Below, piece by piece: positions 1 through 9,739 of a stretch of DNA of 48,351 bases. Positions within the stretch are counted from its first letter, which is position 1; each line of letters begins with the position of its first letter. The DNA comes from Kangiella sp. (lineage in GTDB: Bacteria; Pseudomonadota; Gammaproteobacteria; Enterobacterales; Kangiellaceae), in NCBI GenBank assembly GCA_026195755.1, contig JAPHRL010000068.1:1-48351 (forward strand), given 5' to 3'. The translations under genes and the position numbers were made by a program. Under the pieces are notes generated by a model. It searched no databases. It was given only the letters and a program-made list of their open reading frames with translations, and was not told where the DNA came from.

Positions 1-622
1 CGTTGTCACGGGTATGGGTGATGATACTCTGCTGGGCTGCTGCCTGGGTGGCGCTCATGCCAGCTATTCCAGCCTCTGGATCTTGGGTTGCGGCAATGAC
101 TGAAGCTATCACGCCCAGAATAGTCGGGATGGAGATTTTGTCTTGCTGTTCTAAACGTCGGGCAAGATGTCGCTGGGTAACATGTGCTACCTCATGGCCA
201 AGTACTGAGGCTAGTTCGCTTTCGCTCTGTGATGCTGTGATTAAGCCGGAGTGAATACCAATATAGCCGCCAGGTAACGCAAATGCGTTGATGGAGCTTT
301 CCTGAATGACAAAGAACTGAAATCGTCTGCCTAGCGCATCTGGGTTAGCGGCGACTAACTTATGCCCTAGTTGTTGAATATAATCTGTGATCAGGGGATC
401 CTTCATTAAAAACTGGCTACGTCTAATTTGGCTCATAATTCTGTCGCCAATTATCTGCTCTTCGGACACCGACAATGTTGCGCCAGCAGTTTCACCTAAT
501 TTAGGTAGGTCATTACTGGCCGCCTCCACAGGTAGTGAGGGGAGAGCTATAGCGGTGCTCAAGCTCAAGGCCCTAAGTAAGAAGAGCAGCTTTTTTCGGC
601 GCAGCCTTTTAGTTTTATTCAT
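1..622 (-). CDS. bepA: M48 family periplasmic metalloprotease BepA/YfgC, N-terminal part (runs off the left edge)
   Basis: Not in the ORF track; read by hand from ATG at 622: MNKTKRLRRKK...DLPKLGETAG...INAFALPGGYIGIHSGL...ELASVLGHEVAHVTQRH. It has the HExxH zinc motif and a signal peptide, and lies divergent from perM as in other gammaproteobacteria. Confidence 0.9.
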   Translation of the reverse strand, partial: MNKTKRLRRKKLLFLLRALSLSTAIALPSLPVEAASNDLPKLGETAGATLSVSEEQIIGDRIMSQIRRSQFLMKDPLITDYIQQLGHKLVAANPDALGRRFQFFVIQESSINAFALPGGYIGIHSGLITASQSESELASVLGHEVAHVTQRHLARRLEQQDKISIPTILGVIASVIAATQDPEAGIAGMSATQAAAQQSIITHTRDN

Positions 623-765
623 AGGTGGTTACATGTCTTATGACAAAATCACTAGCAAGTTACTGTATATGATGGGACTTGTGTGGTAAAAGTTCAATCT
701 CGAACTGTGTATCATGTGTCATAGTTGTTAGTGACTACAGGTTGATAAAAAATAGTGGATAAACA

Positions 766-1896
766 ATGACTACGATTTTTACCCGTTGGTTTAAGCGTAA
801 CTTTTCAAGCCCGGCAACCATAGTGCTGAGTATGTTGCTGATCGTGGGCTTTTTTATCATTCTAACGGTTGGCGACATCCTTGCTCCAATCTTGTGGGCG
901 TTGGTCTTTGCGTATCTACTTGAGTCTGTGGTTTCTGTACTTCGAAGGAAGGGAGTACCACGAATTTGGGCTGTGCTACTCGTATTTGCCGGGTTTATTG
1001 GACTCGTGTTAATTGTCGTTTTTGGTTTGATTCCTCTGGTCTGGGAGCAGGGAGCCAAGCTGGTGGCTGAGCTTCCTAATATTATGACGAAGGTACGAGA
1101 GAGTATTCTTGAACTTCCTGAAAAATATCCCAACTTTGTCAGTACCGAGCAAGTTAGTGCTTTTTTCGCAAACTTGAATAGCGAGCTAGCAAAGTGGGGG
1201 GAGGCAATTTTGAGTGCCTCTGTAAGTTCTTTAATGAGTGTGGCCACGGTAATGGTCTATATTATTTTAGTACCATTGCTGGTTTTTTTCTTCCTTAAAG
1301 ATCGCAGACAGATCATCAGCTGGTGTACTCAATGGCTACCACAGGAGCGGCACCTGGCCGAGGCCGTGTGGAGTGAAGTAAATCAGCAAATTGGTAATTA
1401 TATCCGTGGTAAAGTGCTTGAAATTGTCATTGTCGGTACCGCCTCTTACATCGCTTTTCTGTTCATGGGGCTCAATTACGCTCTACTACTGGGCGTCTGT
1501 GTGGGCCTTTCCGTTTTAATCCCTTATATTGGTGCCGCACTGGTCACCATTCCGGTGGCGCTGATTGCTTTTTTCCAGTGGGGCTTTACTCATGACTTCT
1601 ACATACTGATTGTGGTTTACCTGATTATCCAAATTTTAGATGGTAATTTATTGGTTCCACTCATTTTCTCTGAAGCGGTCAATTTGCATCCTGTGGCCAT
1701 TATTGGCTCGATCCTTCTATTTGGTGGTTTGTGGGGCTTTTGGGGAGTCTTCTTCGCGATTCCGCTAGCCATACTGGTCAATGCGGTTTTATCAGCCTTA
1801 AAAGGTCATAAAATCCAACTTGAGAAAGAAGAGCAAGAAGAAGAACTTGGTGAGCAAAAAGTGCTTGATTCACCAGAACCTACGGAAGAATCTTAA
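766..1896 (+). CDS. perM: AI-2E family transporter (PerM/YfgO)
   Basis: 376 aa, multi-TM, with motifs LIPYIGA, QILDGNLLVP and NLHPVAII; neighbours bepA. Confidence 0.88.
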   Translation: MTTIFTRWFKRNFSSPATIVLSMLLIVGFFIILTVGDILAPILWALVFAYLLESVVSVLRRKGVPRIWAVLLVFAGFIGLVLIVVFGLIPLVWEQGAKLVAELPNIMTKVRESILELPEKYPNFVSTEQVSAFFANLNSELAKWGEAILSASVSSLMSVATVMVYIILVPLLVFFFLKDRRQIISWCTQWLPQERHLAEAVWSEVNQQIGNYIRGKVLEIVIVGTASYIAFLFMGLNYALLLGVCVGLSVLIPYIGAALVTIPVALIAFFQWGFTHDFYILIVVYLIIQILDGNLLVPLIFSEAVNLHPVAIIGSILLFGGLWGFWGVFFAIPLAILVNAVLSALKGHKIQLEKEEQEEELGEQKVLDSPEPTEES

Positions 1897-1938
1897 TATA
1901 GAGTTGAGTTAGAAAAGCCTTGTAATAGGTTTGCATCT

Positions 1939-1964
1939 GTCACTCCCGCGCAAGCGGGAGTTCA
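1939..1964. repeat. Short palindromic element resembling the GTCATTCCCGCGNAGGCGGGAATCCA (dRS3/REP-like) family
   Basis: GTCACTCCCGCGCAAGCGGGAGTTCA; stem CTCCCGC/GCGGGAG with no U-tract. Confidence 0.6.
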
Positions 1965-2062
1965 TACTCCCCTAACTACTGTCACCGTAAAATCGAACTT
2001 GTAAAAAAGAGTCGATGATAATAAGTTTAGTTCGAATAGTAAAAAGCACTAGGAGGGGAAAC

Positions 2063-2584
2063 TTGGAGCAATTAATATAAATAAAAATATTTAATTTTAG
2101 GGAGTCCTTGAAATTGTGTCAGAGGTCTGTTTTCTCTGGCTTAATTATATCAGGAATATTTTATTACTTGAGTAGTTCAGCAGTTGTTGAAAGCATTCCA
2201 AAACTACCATTTTTAGACGTTGAGTTTAGTTCTATTGAATCATTGAGGTTTTTTTTGCTTATTCTATACGTCGGCACTGGAGTTATAGCTTGGTATTTTT
2301 CGCATAGGGCGGTGAAGATATTATCTTCTATAGAAGATAATAGAGTTGAGATGGCAGTTTCAAAGTACCCTTGCATAATTGTATCTAACTTTGGGGTTCG
2401 TCTCTGTCTTGCAGCAGCGTTAGTAGGTATGGGAATAGTTATACTATTCCAAATTTTTAATGATAATTATTTCTATATTATTTTCTTGACTTTAATTGTC
2501 TACCCACCATTTTATATGACTTTAGAAAACGGTAAAGAGATATATGACTGGGGTAATAGTGAGCTTGAGCGTAAAGACTCTTGA
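2063..2584 (+). pseudogene. AT-rich hypothetical membrane protein, probably with a nonsense codon at 2078-2080 (the track gives the downstream part, 2108..2584)
   Basis: Strong SD AGGAGGGG at 2051-2058, then TTG at 2063 in frame with the 2108 ORF: MEQLI*IKIFNFRESLKLCQR. About 4 hydrophobic segments. Confidence 0.45.
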
Positions 2585-2763
2585 GGCTATGAGGCTAACG
2601 GTACATTATCAGTTTAACTTCATGGTATCTAAGTTAAGTATGAACTAAGTTAATGGAAAACTGTTTTCTGAGAAAAGAAAACTATTCTCAGAAGATCAAA
2701 TTGTACTACTGTGAAGGGTTTGGCTCAATCAGAAGATGCACAGTTATTGCTGTTTAAGTAATT

Positions 2764-2793
2764 AAAAAGCCTCGTTTAAGGACGAGGCTTTTT
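2764..2793. terminator. Bidirectional rho-independent terminator
   Basis: AAAAAGCCTCGT-ttaagg-ACGAGGCTTTTT between convergent genes. Confidence 0.8.
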
Positions 2794-2830
2794 GTTTTGT
2801 ATATATATTTTTAACTGTTAATTAGTCCGA

Positions 2831-4519
2831 TTAATCACCCACGCGAGGAGCCGGCATTTTCTGTCCGCCTTGATGCAAGGTTAAACCGCTTGCTGGTTTA
2901 TCGCCTTCCAAATCAAACTCTAGTTTGGCGCCAACTTGTTTGTTGTGGAGCATATTTTCGCTATAGGCGATAAAGTCTATGGCTGGTTGGCCGGTTGCTT
3001 GACCAGTAAGGCCTTTTTCACCGCGGCGGATGCTGAGTATGAAGTTGGGCTGGATTTGGTAATCACCCACCAAGCGTTCCATCTGTGCTGGAGTGAGTTC
3101 GATTTCTACCAGTACTTCGACCGTATCGCTTATTTTCTTGGCGTATTCTGGCTCGGATTCACCGCCCTGATAGAAATCAAGGCCTGTCACTGTGCCCTGG
3201 TCATCACGCTTAAGCTGGAATGAACTCAGGGAGTTTAAGAAGACGAAGCGGTCATCGCCCACTGGGCGTACTTTAAATTCTGCACCGCTATCACGCTGAC
3301 TGATGATCTCACCGTCTACAACGCGCAAGCTGCGAGTCGTATTTTCATTAATTCGATAGACGCCGACCACTGCTTTCAGCGCTTCATCTGAAAGCTCAAT
3401 AGTGGGAAGTTCAATCGGGAAGGGTTTATTAATCGCCAGAGCTGCCAGGCGTTGGGCAACATCACCTGGGCGTGGCTCCAGACCGGCATAGTTGCTCAAT
3501 ACAACCACGGACAGCTTTGCTTCCGGCAACCAGAGCGCATGGGTATTAAAGCCGTGAATACCGCCACCGTGATGGAGCATTAGTTGTCCGTGCAGGCTTC
3601 CGCGCATCAGTCCGTAACCGTATCCGGCTTCACTCGCAGCTTCGTCCGGCGTATACATCCGTTCTAACATTTCTTGGGAAATGATGTCGCCGCCATGCAA
3701 GGCACGCTGCCAGCGATCTACGTCTAGTGCTGTCGCCGAAAGAGCCCCAGCGGCATGGGGTTGAGTCATGCTCAGCCAAGGCGCATTAACCGGTTTGTCG
3801 TCGGCCATCTGATATCCACGCGCACGACCGGTCAGAACTTGTTCATCTGGGTAATAACCAGTGTGTTCGATTCCAGCAGGTTTGAGTAACTTTTCTTCTA
3901 TGTAGGCATTCCAGCTTTGTCCACTGACTTTCTCAATGACCGCGCCAAGTAACACGTAGCCTGAATTGTTGTAGCGCCAGCTTTCACCCGGAGCGAAGTC
4001 GTCCTCAATCTCTGAAAATACCGCGATCAGTTCATCCGTATTTACTTCGCGACGAATGCGCTCATCGGTAAAGTAACCAGGAATGCTGGTGTAGCTGGCA
4101 ATACCTGAGGTGTGATTGAGCAAATGATGGATAGTGACATTATCCGCGGGAAAGTCTGGTAGAAAGCGGGTTAATGGATCATCCAGTGATAGTTTTCCCT
4201 CTTCGGCTAGCAACAGTATTGCTGCAGCGGCATATTGTTTGGTAACTGAGGCCAGGCGTAGAGTATGGTCTTCGCTCATGGCAACGCCCATCTCAAGATC
4301 AGCCATACCGTAGGCCTCTGAGAAAATGACTTTGCCATCTTTGGAAACCACCACGGTCGCTCCGGGAGCATCTGCTTGGTAAGTCTTTTCTAGCACCGAC
4401 TGAAAGGCGCTGGCTTCTTTTGTAGTCGAGCTTTCTTTCTCTGGTACGCTGGCACAAGCAGCCAGGCCGAGCAACAGAGCACTTCCCCACACAGTGGTTA
4501 TTGATTTTAAGGGTTTCAT
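2831..4519 (-). CDS. Serine hydrolase of the beta-lactamase (AmpC/S12) family; lipoprotein with C-terminal DUF3471-like repeats
   Basis: Lipobox LAAC; SxxK (ASVTK), YxN (YNNSGY) and HGGG motifs; LLNHTSGI. Confidence 0.85.
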   Translation of the reverse strand: MKPLKSITTVWGSALLLGLAACASVPEKESSTTKEASAFQSVLEKTYQADAPGATVVVSKDGKVIFSEAYGMADLEMGVAMSEDHTLRLASVTKQYAAAAILLLAEEGKLSLDDPLTRFLPDFPADNVTIHHLLNHTSGIASYTSIPGYFTDERIRREVNTDELIAVFSEIEDDFAPGESWRYNNSGYVLLGAVIEKVSGQSWNAYIEEKLLKPAGIEHTGYYPDEQVLTGRARGYQMADDKPVNAPWLSMTQPHAAGALSATALDVDRWQRALHGGDIISQEMLERMYTPDEAASEAGYGYGLMRGSLHGQLMLHHGGGIHGFNTHALWLPEAKLSVVVLSNYAGLEPRPGDVAQRLAALAINKPFPIELPTIELSDEALKAVVGVYRINENTTRSLRVVDGEIISQRDSGAEFKVRPVGDDRFVFLNSLSSFQLKRDDQGTVTGLDFYQGGESEPEYAKKISDTVEVLVEIELTPAQMERLVGDYQIQPNFILSIRRGEKGLTGQATGQPAIDFIAYSENMLHNKQVGAKLEFDLEGDKPASGLTLHQGGQKMPAPRVGD

Positions 4520-4838
4520 TCCTTCCTTTCTCCTATTATTAGATATGGCAACAGTTTTGCCAGTTGTTTGCGAAGAGTTTTACGCCACGATTTTTGCTAA
4601 GTCAATCATGGGATAAGGGGAGGTCTAAGACCGGAGGCAAAGAGTGCCTATTTAAGGATGAATACACTAAGAATAGCGCTAAGATGTTTCTTTTTATTAC
4701 GCGTTAACTAGATGAAATATAAGATTTATTAATGCTAATGAAATAAGCGATAAGGATATTGTAATCTCATCTATGAATTTGTATTGTAAAGTGTTACAGC
4801 TAATGTATCAGCGAGAAAAACTGATAGTGACGCTTAAG

Positions 4839-4868
4839 AAAAAGCCTCGTGAAATTACGAGGCTTTTT
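4839..4868 (-). terminator. Rho-independent terminator downstream of PIN-PhoH
   Basis: AAAAAGCCTCGT-gaaatt-ACGAGGCTTTTT. Confidence 0.8.
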
Positions 4869-4886
4869 ACGTTCTAAAGGATGTTG

Positions 4887-6308
4887 TTATAGTAGCTCTG
4901 AAGCGTAATCGGCCAAACGTGAGCGTTCGCCACGTTTTAGCGTCATGTGCCCTGAGTGTGGCCAGTTTTTGAAGCGGTCGACGACAAAGGTGATCCCCGA
5001 GGTTGTTTCTGTCAAGTAAGGGGTGTCAATCTGTGCTACGTTACCCATGCAGACGACCTTTGTTCCTGGGCCTGCTCGGGTAATAAGAGTTTTCATCTGT
5101 TTTGAGGTCAGGTTTTGCGCTTCGTCAATAATGATAAATTTGTTGAGAAAAGTTCGGCCTCGCATAAAGTTCAATGAGCGAACCTTAACCCACTTTCTAA
5201 GCAAGTCGTGAGTCGCAGCCACGCCCCATTCATCATTGTCCGAAGGAGAGAGCACTTCAAGATTATCCATTAAAGCGCCCATCCAGGGAGTCATCTTTTC
5301 TTCTTCGGTTCCCGGAAGGAAGCCTATGTCTTCACCCACCGAAACGGTTACGCGAGTCACAATAATTTCTTTGTAGCGCTTAAGCTCAATGGTTTGCTCC
5401 AAAGCGGAAGCCAGTGCTAGCAATGTCTTACCGGTACCTGCGGGACCTTGCAAGGTTACAAAGTCTATTTCAGGATCCATCAATAGATTCAGTGCATAAC
5501 TTTGCTCATGATTTCTGGCGGTGATTCCCCAAATATTATGGCTGTCATTGCGATAGTCAGCTAGTAATTCAATAGTAGCGGTTGGATGGCTCTCAGTTTC
5601 TTCAACGGTACGCACAATGGCTTCGAAATTATCTTGCGGTTGAAACAGGCATTGATTTAAGGACCAGTCAGATACAAGAGGTCCTTGTATGCGATAGAAG
5701 GTTTTTCCTTCCTCCTGCCAAGAGTCTATATCGCGACTATGCGTGTCCCAGAAGTCTTCTGGTAGTTCGTAGTAACCAGTATAAAGTTGCTCGACATCAT
5801 CTAATACTTTGTCATTGTAGTAATCCTCAGCATGAACACCGACAATATTGGCTTTTATGCGCAGGTTGATATCTTTTGAAACTAACGTAACGGTTCGGTC
5901 ATCATCTCGAGCTTGCAGCGCCAACGCCACATTAAGAATGGTGTTGTCAGCTTTACTACTGGGCAGTGAGTCGGGGAGTCTATCGATGTGCTCTTTTGTT
6001 TGGAAGAAAATTTTACCGTGTTTGTTGCGATCCTGAATTTGTGGGATGAGTCCTATATGAATGCCTTCAGCCATTGGATCTTCGCCTTCTTCCGCTGCGG
6101 AGAGCAGATCGTCGAGATAACGACTGACCTGCCGAACATTTCGGGCTACTTCTGAAACCCCTTTCTTTCCAGCATCCAGTTCTTCAAGAACAACCATAGG
6201 GATTAAAATATCATGCTCTTCAAAGCGAAATAGAGCAGTGGGGTCGTGCATCAATACATTCGTGTCCAATACGAACAGACGTTTTCCGTCCAGGTTTTCT
6301 TTTACCAT
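4887..6308 (-). CDS. PhoH-family ATPase with N-terminal PIN domain (PhoH2/YlaK-like)
   Basis: PIN motifs VLDTNVL, VLEELD, ADNTIL and LVSKDINLR; Walker A GPAGTGKT; RGRTF; IIDEAQN. Confidence 0.9.
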   Translation of the reverse strand: MVKENLDGKRLFVLDTNVLMHDPTALFRFEEHDILIPMVVLEELDAGKKGVSEVARNVRQVSRYLDDLLSAAEEGEDPMAEGIHIGLIPQIQDRNKHGKIFFQTKEHIDRLPDSLPSSKADNTILNVALALQARDDDRTVTLVSKDINLRIKANIVGVHAEDYYNDKVLDDVEQLYTGYYELPEDFWDTHSRDIDSWQEEGKTFYRIQGPLVSDWSLNQCLFQPQDNFEAIVRTVEETESHPTATIELLADYRNDSHNIWGITARNHEQSYALNLLMDPEIDFVTLQGPAGTGKTLLALASALEQTIELKRYKEIIVTRVTVSVGEDIGFLPGTEEEKMTPWMGALMDNLEVLSPSDNDEWGVAATHDLLRKWVKVRSLNFMRGRTFLNKFIIIDEAQNLTSKQMKTLITRAGPGTKVVCMGNVAQIDTPYLTETTSGITFVVDRFKNWPHSGHMTLKRGERSRLADYASELL

Positions 6309-6330
6309 GAGGCACCTCTCAAGTGGTTTA

Positions 6331-6798
6331 TTATAGTGCTTTAACGGCTTCTAATACTTCTTCAACGTGGCCTTTGACTTTGAGTTTTCTCCACTCCTGT
6401 TTCAGTTTGCCCTGAGCATCGATAAGGAAGGTACTGCGCTCAATACCCATGTATTCACGACCATAGAGTTTCTTTTGTTTGATCACATCAAATGCTTTGC
6501 ACATCTCTTCATCCACGTCGGACAGCAAATCAAAGGGAAACTCATGTTTTTTACGAAAGTTTTCATGCGTTCTGATACTGTCGCGAGATACGCCCAAAAT
6601 TTCGGTGTTATGTTTCTGAAATTGCTTGAAATGATCGCGAAAATCTTGGCCTTCGGTGGTGCATCCAGGGGTGTTATCTTTGGGATAAAAGTAGATGACG
6701 AGGTTTTTGCCTTTAAAGTCGGCGAGTGAAAGAGTTTGGTCGCCAGTGGCGGGGAGTTTAAAATTAGGTGCTTTCTTATTAAGCTGTGGTTGGCTCAA
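6331..6798 (-). CDS. bcp: Peroxiredoxin BCP/PrxQ (thioredoxin-dependent thiol peroxidase)
   Basis: YFYPKDNTPGCTTE, GVSRDS and ERSTFLID; TTG start with SD GGAGG. Confidence 0.92.
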   Translation of the reverse strand: MSQPQLNKKAPNFKLPATGDQTLSLADFKGKNLVIYFYPKDNTPGCTTEGQDFRDHFKQFQKHNTEILGVSRDSIRTHENFRKKHEFPFDLLSDVDEEMCKAFDVIKQKKLYGREYMGIERSTFLIDAQGKLKQEWRKLKVKGHVEEVLEAVKAL

Positions 6799-6972
6799 AT
6801 CAGCCTCCTTTGAAGTTTATTTCTAGAGTCTTTTTTATCGTTTTCATGATCACTTTACGTCAGAAAAAATATTGTCGCAAGCAATCCCGTCTTTTTTGTG
6901 ATTTTGCTTGTTTTTACTGGTCTCGCTGGCTAACATAGCCCGCAAACAAGGGCAAGCCCTAAGGATTCAGTT

Positions 6973-7854
6973 ATGTTTTCAGGTAGCATTGTAGCGATAA
7001 TCAGCCCCCTGCAGGCGGATGGCTCTCTTGATAAAAATGCATTGCAAGAACTTATCGAGTGGCATATTGATGAAGGTACTCATGGTATCGTCATTATGGG
7101 CACTACGGGTGAATCTGCGACAGTGGATAGCAGAGATTATGATGCCGCGCTGCAATTGGTGGTAAAGCAGGTTGCTGGGCGTGTTCCGGTAATTGCGGGC
7201 ACTGGCTCAATTAGCACCAAAAAGACCATAGCATTGACCCAACAAGCACAAGCTATGGGGGTGGATGCTGCCTTGGTGGTTACGCCTTATTACTGTAAGC
7301 CAAGTCAAGAAGGTTTATTTCAGCATTTTAAAGCAGTTGCTGAGAATACTAAGCTACCGATTATCCTCTATAATGTCCCGGGGCGTACGGCGTGTGATTT
7401 GCTACCTGAGACAGTTGCTCGCCTTGCAGATATTGAGAGTATTGTTGCAATAAAAGAAGCAACGGGCGATTTATCCCGAGTTGAGGAACTAAATCGGCGG
7501 TGTAAGACTCCAATCACCCTGTTAAGTGGTGATGATGCTACAGCTTTGGAGTTTTTGAAGCTGGGCGGTCATGGCGTAATTTCGGTTACTGCGAACGCTG
7601 CTCCCGCACTGATGAGTAAAATGTGCGATCTGGGCAAAGCAGGACAATGGAAGCAAGCCACTGTTATTAATGAAAAACTGTCAGCCTTACATCAGGATTT
7701 GTTTGTAGAAGCGAATCCCATTCCGGTTAAGTGGGCTCTGGCGCAAATGGGTAAATGTGAAGAGACCATTTTATTGCCATTGACTGTATTAGCTGAACAG
7801 TACCATTCACAAGTATTACAAGCGTTGGAACAAGCGAATGTCGACATTAAATAA
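6973..7854 (+). CDS. dapA: 4-hydroxy-tetrahydrodipicolinate synthase
   Basis: GTTGES, LYNVPGRT, IKEATG, LSGDD and EANPIPVK motifs. Confidence 0.96.
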   Translation: MFSGSIVAIISPLQADGSLDKNALQELIEWHIDEGTHGIVIMGTTGESATVDSRDYDAALQLVVKQVAGRVPVIAGTGSISTKKTIALTQQAQAMGVDAALVVTPYYCKPSQEGLFQHFKAVAENTKLPIILYNVPGRTACDLLPETVARLADIESIVAIKEATGDLSRVEELNRRCKTPITLLSGDDATALEFLKLGGHGVISVTANAAPALMSKMCDLGKAGQWKQATVINEKLSALHQDLFVEANPIPVKWALAQMGKCEETILLPLTVLAEQYHSQVLQALEQANVDIK

Positions 7855-8920
7855 GTATAAAACACTGATTATTATAAGTTCTTTAGCCACTGTATCTTCA
7901 TGCAGCTGGTTCTCTGCCAAAGATGGCACTGAAGATATTGATGACCGCTATATGAAAAGTCAGCAAGGGCCTGAGTTACAAGTTCCTCCAGCTACTAAAC
8001 ATATCAGCGTTGATGATCGTTATCGTGTTCCTGAAGGTGTGATTATTACTAATCGTGATCCCAAGGGAAAAGGATTGAGCCTTGATCCACCTCAGTTATT
8101 GTTGCTTGGTGGTGATGGCGTGCGTGAAGATTCAGAGCAACTGCATCCAACGGTATGGGTTCGTCACCAAGACGCACCATTAATGGATTATGTGTCGCGT
8201 TTTGTGACGCAAAAGAGTATTCCTGTTGTGTCCTCCAGCGATAAACAAGTTAGTACAGACTGGATCACTGATAGTGATGAAACCGATTTGGCAAACTATA
8301 TCGGCTCTTATAATTTGGATGGACAACGCCACCGTGTAACGCTTGAAATTATTGGTCAAAACCCTAATGAAGTTGCGGTTCAGGCGCGAAATACACAAAG
8401 CCAGCGTCTGGTTAATGACAAGTGGGTTGCAATGACGCCTTCTAAGGCTATTGCCAATCAGTTCTTGAACGCTTTCTTGGGTTTTTATGATTCTGAACGC
8501 ACCAAAGAGGCTCGTGAGCGGATTCTGGAAGAAGGTACTGTTAATGTGAATTTAGGTACCAATCAGCAGGGTAATATTGCGTTGACGACTGAGCGTGACT
8601 TAATGTCTGTTTGGGAACAACTACCAAGAGTTATTGAAGAACTTAATCTAACGGTTTCTGACCGTGATCAGTCGGCTGGAATTTATTACTTTAATGTCAA
8701 AGAACCCGAAACTGGTTTTTGGGCGTGGCTGTGGAATGATGATGAAGCCAATCCGAAAGTGGAGATGGAGCCTGGTGATTACCAAGTTCACATCGAGACA
8801 ACAGCTTTAGGCACTAGCATGACGTTTAAAGATGATGAAGGTAACTTGCTGGATGCCAACTTGGTTACGAAAATCTACCCGGAGTTCGCAGCAAGCTTCA
8901 AAAGCCGTGGAAAGCAATAA
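7838..8920 (+). CDS. bamC: Outer-membrane assembly lipoprotein BamC (NlpB)
   Basis: Lipobox VSSC, LQVPP motif, VSDRDQSAG; overlaps dapA in the conserved dapA-bamC arrangement. Confidence 0.8.
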   Translation: MSTLNKYKTLIIISSLATVSSCSWFSAKDGTEDIDDRYMKSQQGPELQVPPATKHISVDDRYRVPEGVIITNRDPKGKGLSLDPPQLLLLGGDGVREDSEQLHPTVWVRHQDAPLMDYVSRFVTQKSIPVVSSSDKQVSTDWITDSDETDLANYIGSYNLDGQRHRVTLEIIGQNPNEVAVQARNTQSQRLVNDKWVAMTPSKAIANQFLNAFLGFYDSERTKEARERILEEGTVNVNLGTNQQGNIALTTERDLMSVWEQLPRVIEELNLTVSDRDQSAGIYYFNVKEPETGFWAWLWNDDEANPKVEMEPGDYQVHIETTALGTSMTFKDDEGNLLDANLVTKIYPEFAASFKSRGKQ

Positions 8921-9695
8921 TCAATTAAAAGTTGCATCGCTTGGTTCAGGAAGTAAAGGCAATGCAACGCTCGTATCAAATGGTGAAGTCACGGTCATGG
9001 TTGACTGTGGTTTCACCGTCAAAGAAGTTCTTAAACGTCTGCCTCGCTTAAATCTAGAACCCGATCAAATTGATGGTATTTTAGTGACTCATGAACATCA
9101 GGATCACATTAGTGGGGTTGGTGCTTTAAGCCGGCGATTTTCGATTCCGGTCTGGTCCACCAGGGGTAGTTTGTTATCGGGTAAGTGCGGTAATTTACCC
9201 GCGTTAAATCTGATCGAGGGCTTTGAGCCGTTTTCTATAGGAAGCTTAAACGTTACGCCCTTGTCGGTACCCCATGATGCCCGTGAGCCCTGTCAGTTCC
9301 TTTTCACTCAAAATGGGTTACGCCTTGCAATTTTAACCGACCTTGGCTGTTTCACACCGAAAATTGTCGAACAGCTTACACCTTGTCATGGCATATTACT
9401 TGAGTGTAATCATGATGAGGAGATGCTCTGGAATGGGCCTTACCCAGATCGACTCAAGCAACGAGTTGCTGGCAAAATGGGACATATGAGTAATCGACAG
9501 GCGTTAGAGCTTTTACAGCAAATGGACCGTGATGCATTGCAACTTGTGATAGCTACCCACTTAAGTGAACAAAACAATTGCCCTGAACTGGTTAGTAAGC
9601 TGTTGGCAGAAGCCTTAAGCTGGCCTTTGGAGCGAGTTAAGGTTGCACAACAGGATATGGGTTTTGCTTGGCAGAAAATTGGGTTTAGTGCTTGA
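8907..9695 (+). CDS. MBL-fold metallo-hydrolase (YycJ/WalJ-like)
   Basis: LGSGSKGN, THEHQDH, VPHDA, LECNHD and GHMSN. GTG at 8907 is the likely start (track starts at 8832). Confidence 0.88.
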   Translation: MESNNQLKVASLGSGSKGNATLVSNGEVTVMVDCGFTVKEVLKRLPRLNLEPDQIDGILVTHEHQDHISGVGALSRRFSIPVWSTRGSLLSGKCGNLPALNLIEGFEPFSIGSLNVTPLSVPHDAREPCQFLFTQNGLRLAILTDLGCFTPKIVEQLTPCHGILLECNHDEEMLWNGPYPDRLKQRVAGKMGHMSNRQALELLQQMDRDALQLVIATHLSEQNNCPELVSKLLAEALSWPLERVKVAQQDMGFAWQKIGFSA

Positions 9696-9739
9696 GAGCT
9701 TTCTAACCTAGGATGGGAGCTGCTTCAGATCATGAGGCG

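Noticed and set aside
3-689. Plus-strand ORFs 3..254 and 387..689
   Set aside because: They are antisense shadows of the bepA coding region on the minus strand.
2593-2655. Possible integron attC site after the orphan gene (GGCTAAC...GTTAAGT)
   Set aside because: It fits RYYYAAC poorly, is too short, has no clear L boxes, and no integrase is nearby.
4520-4838. AT-rich spacer containing a 17-codon ORF (MNTLRIAL...)
   Set aside because: No properly spaced SD and no recognisable motif; most likely promoter DNA.
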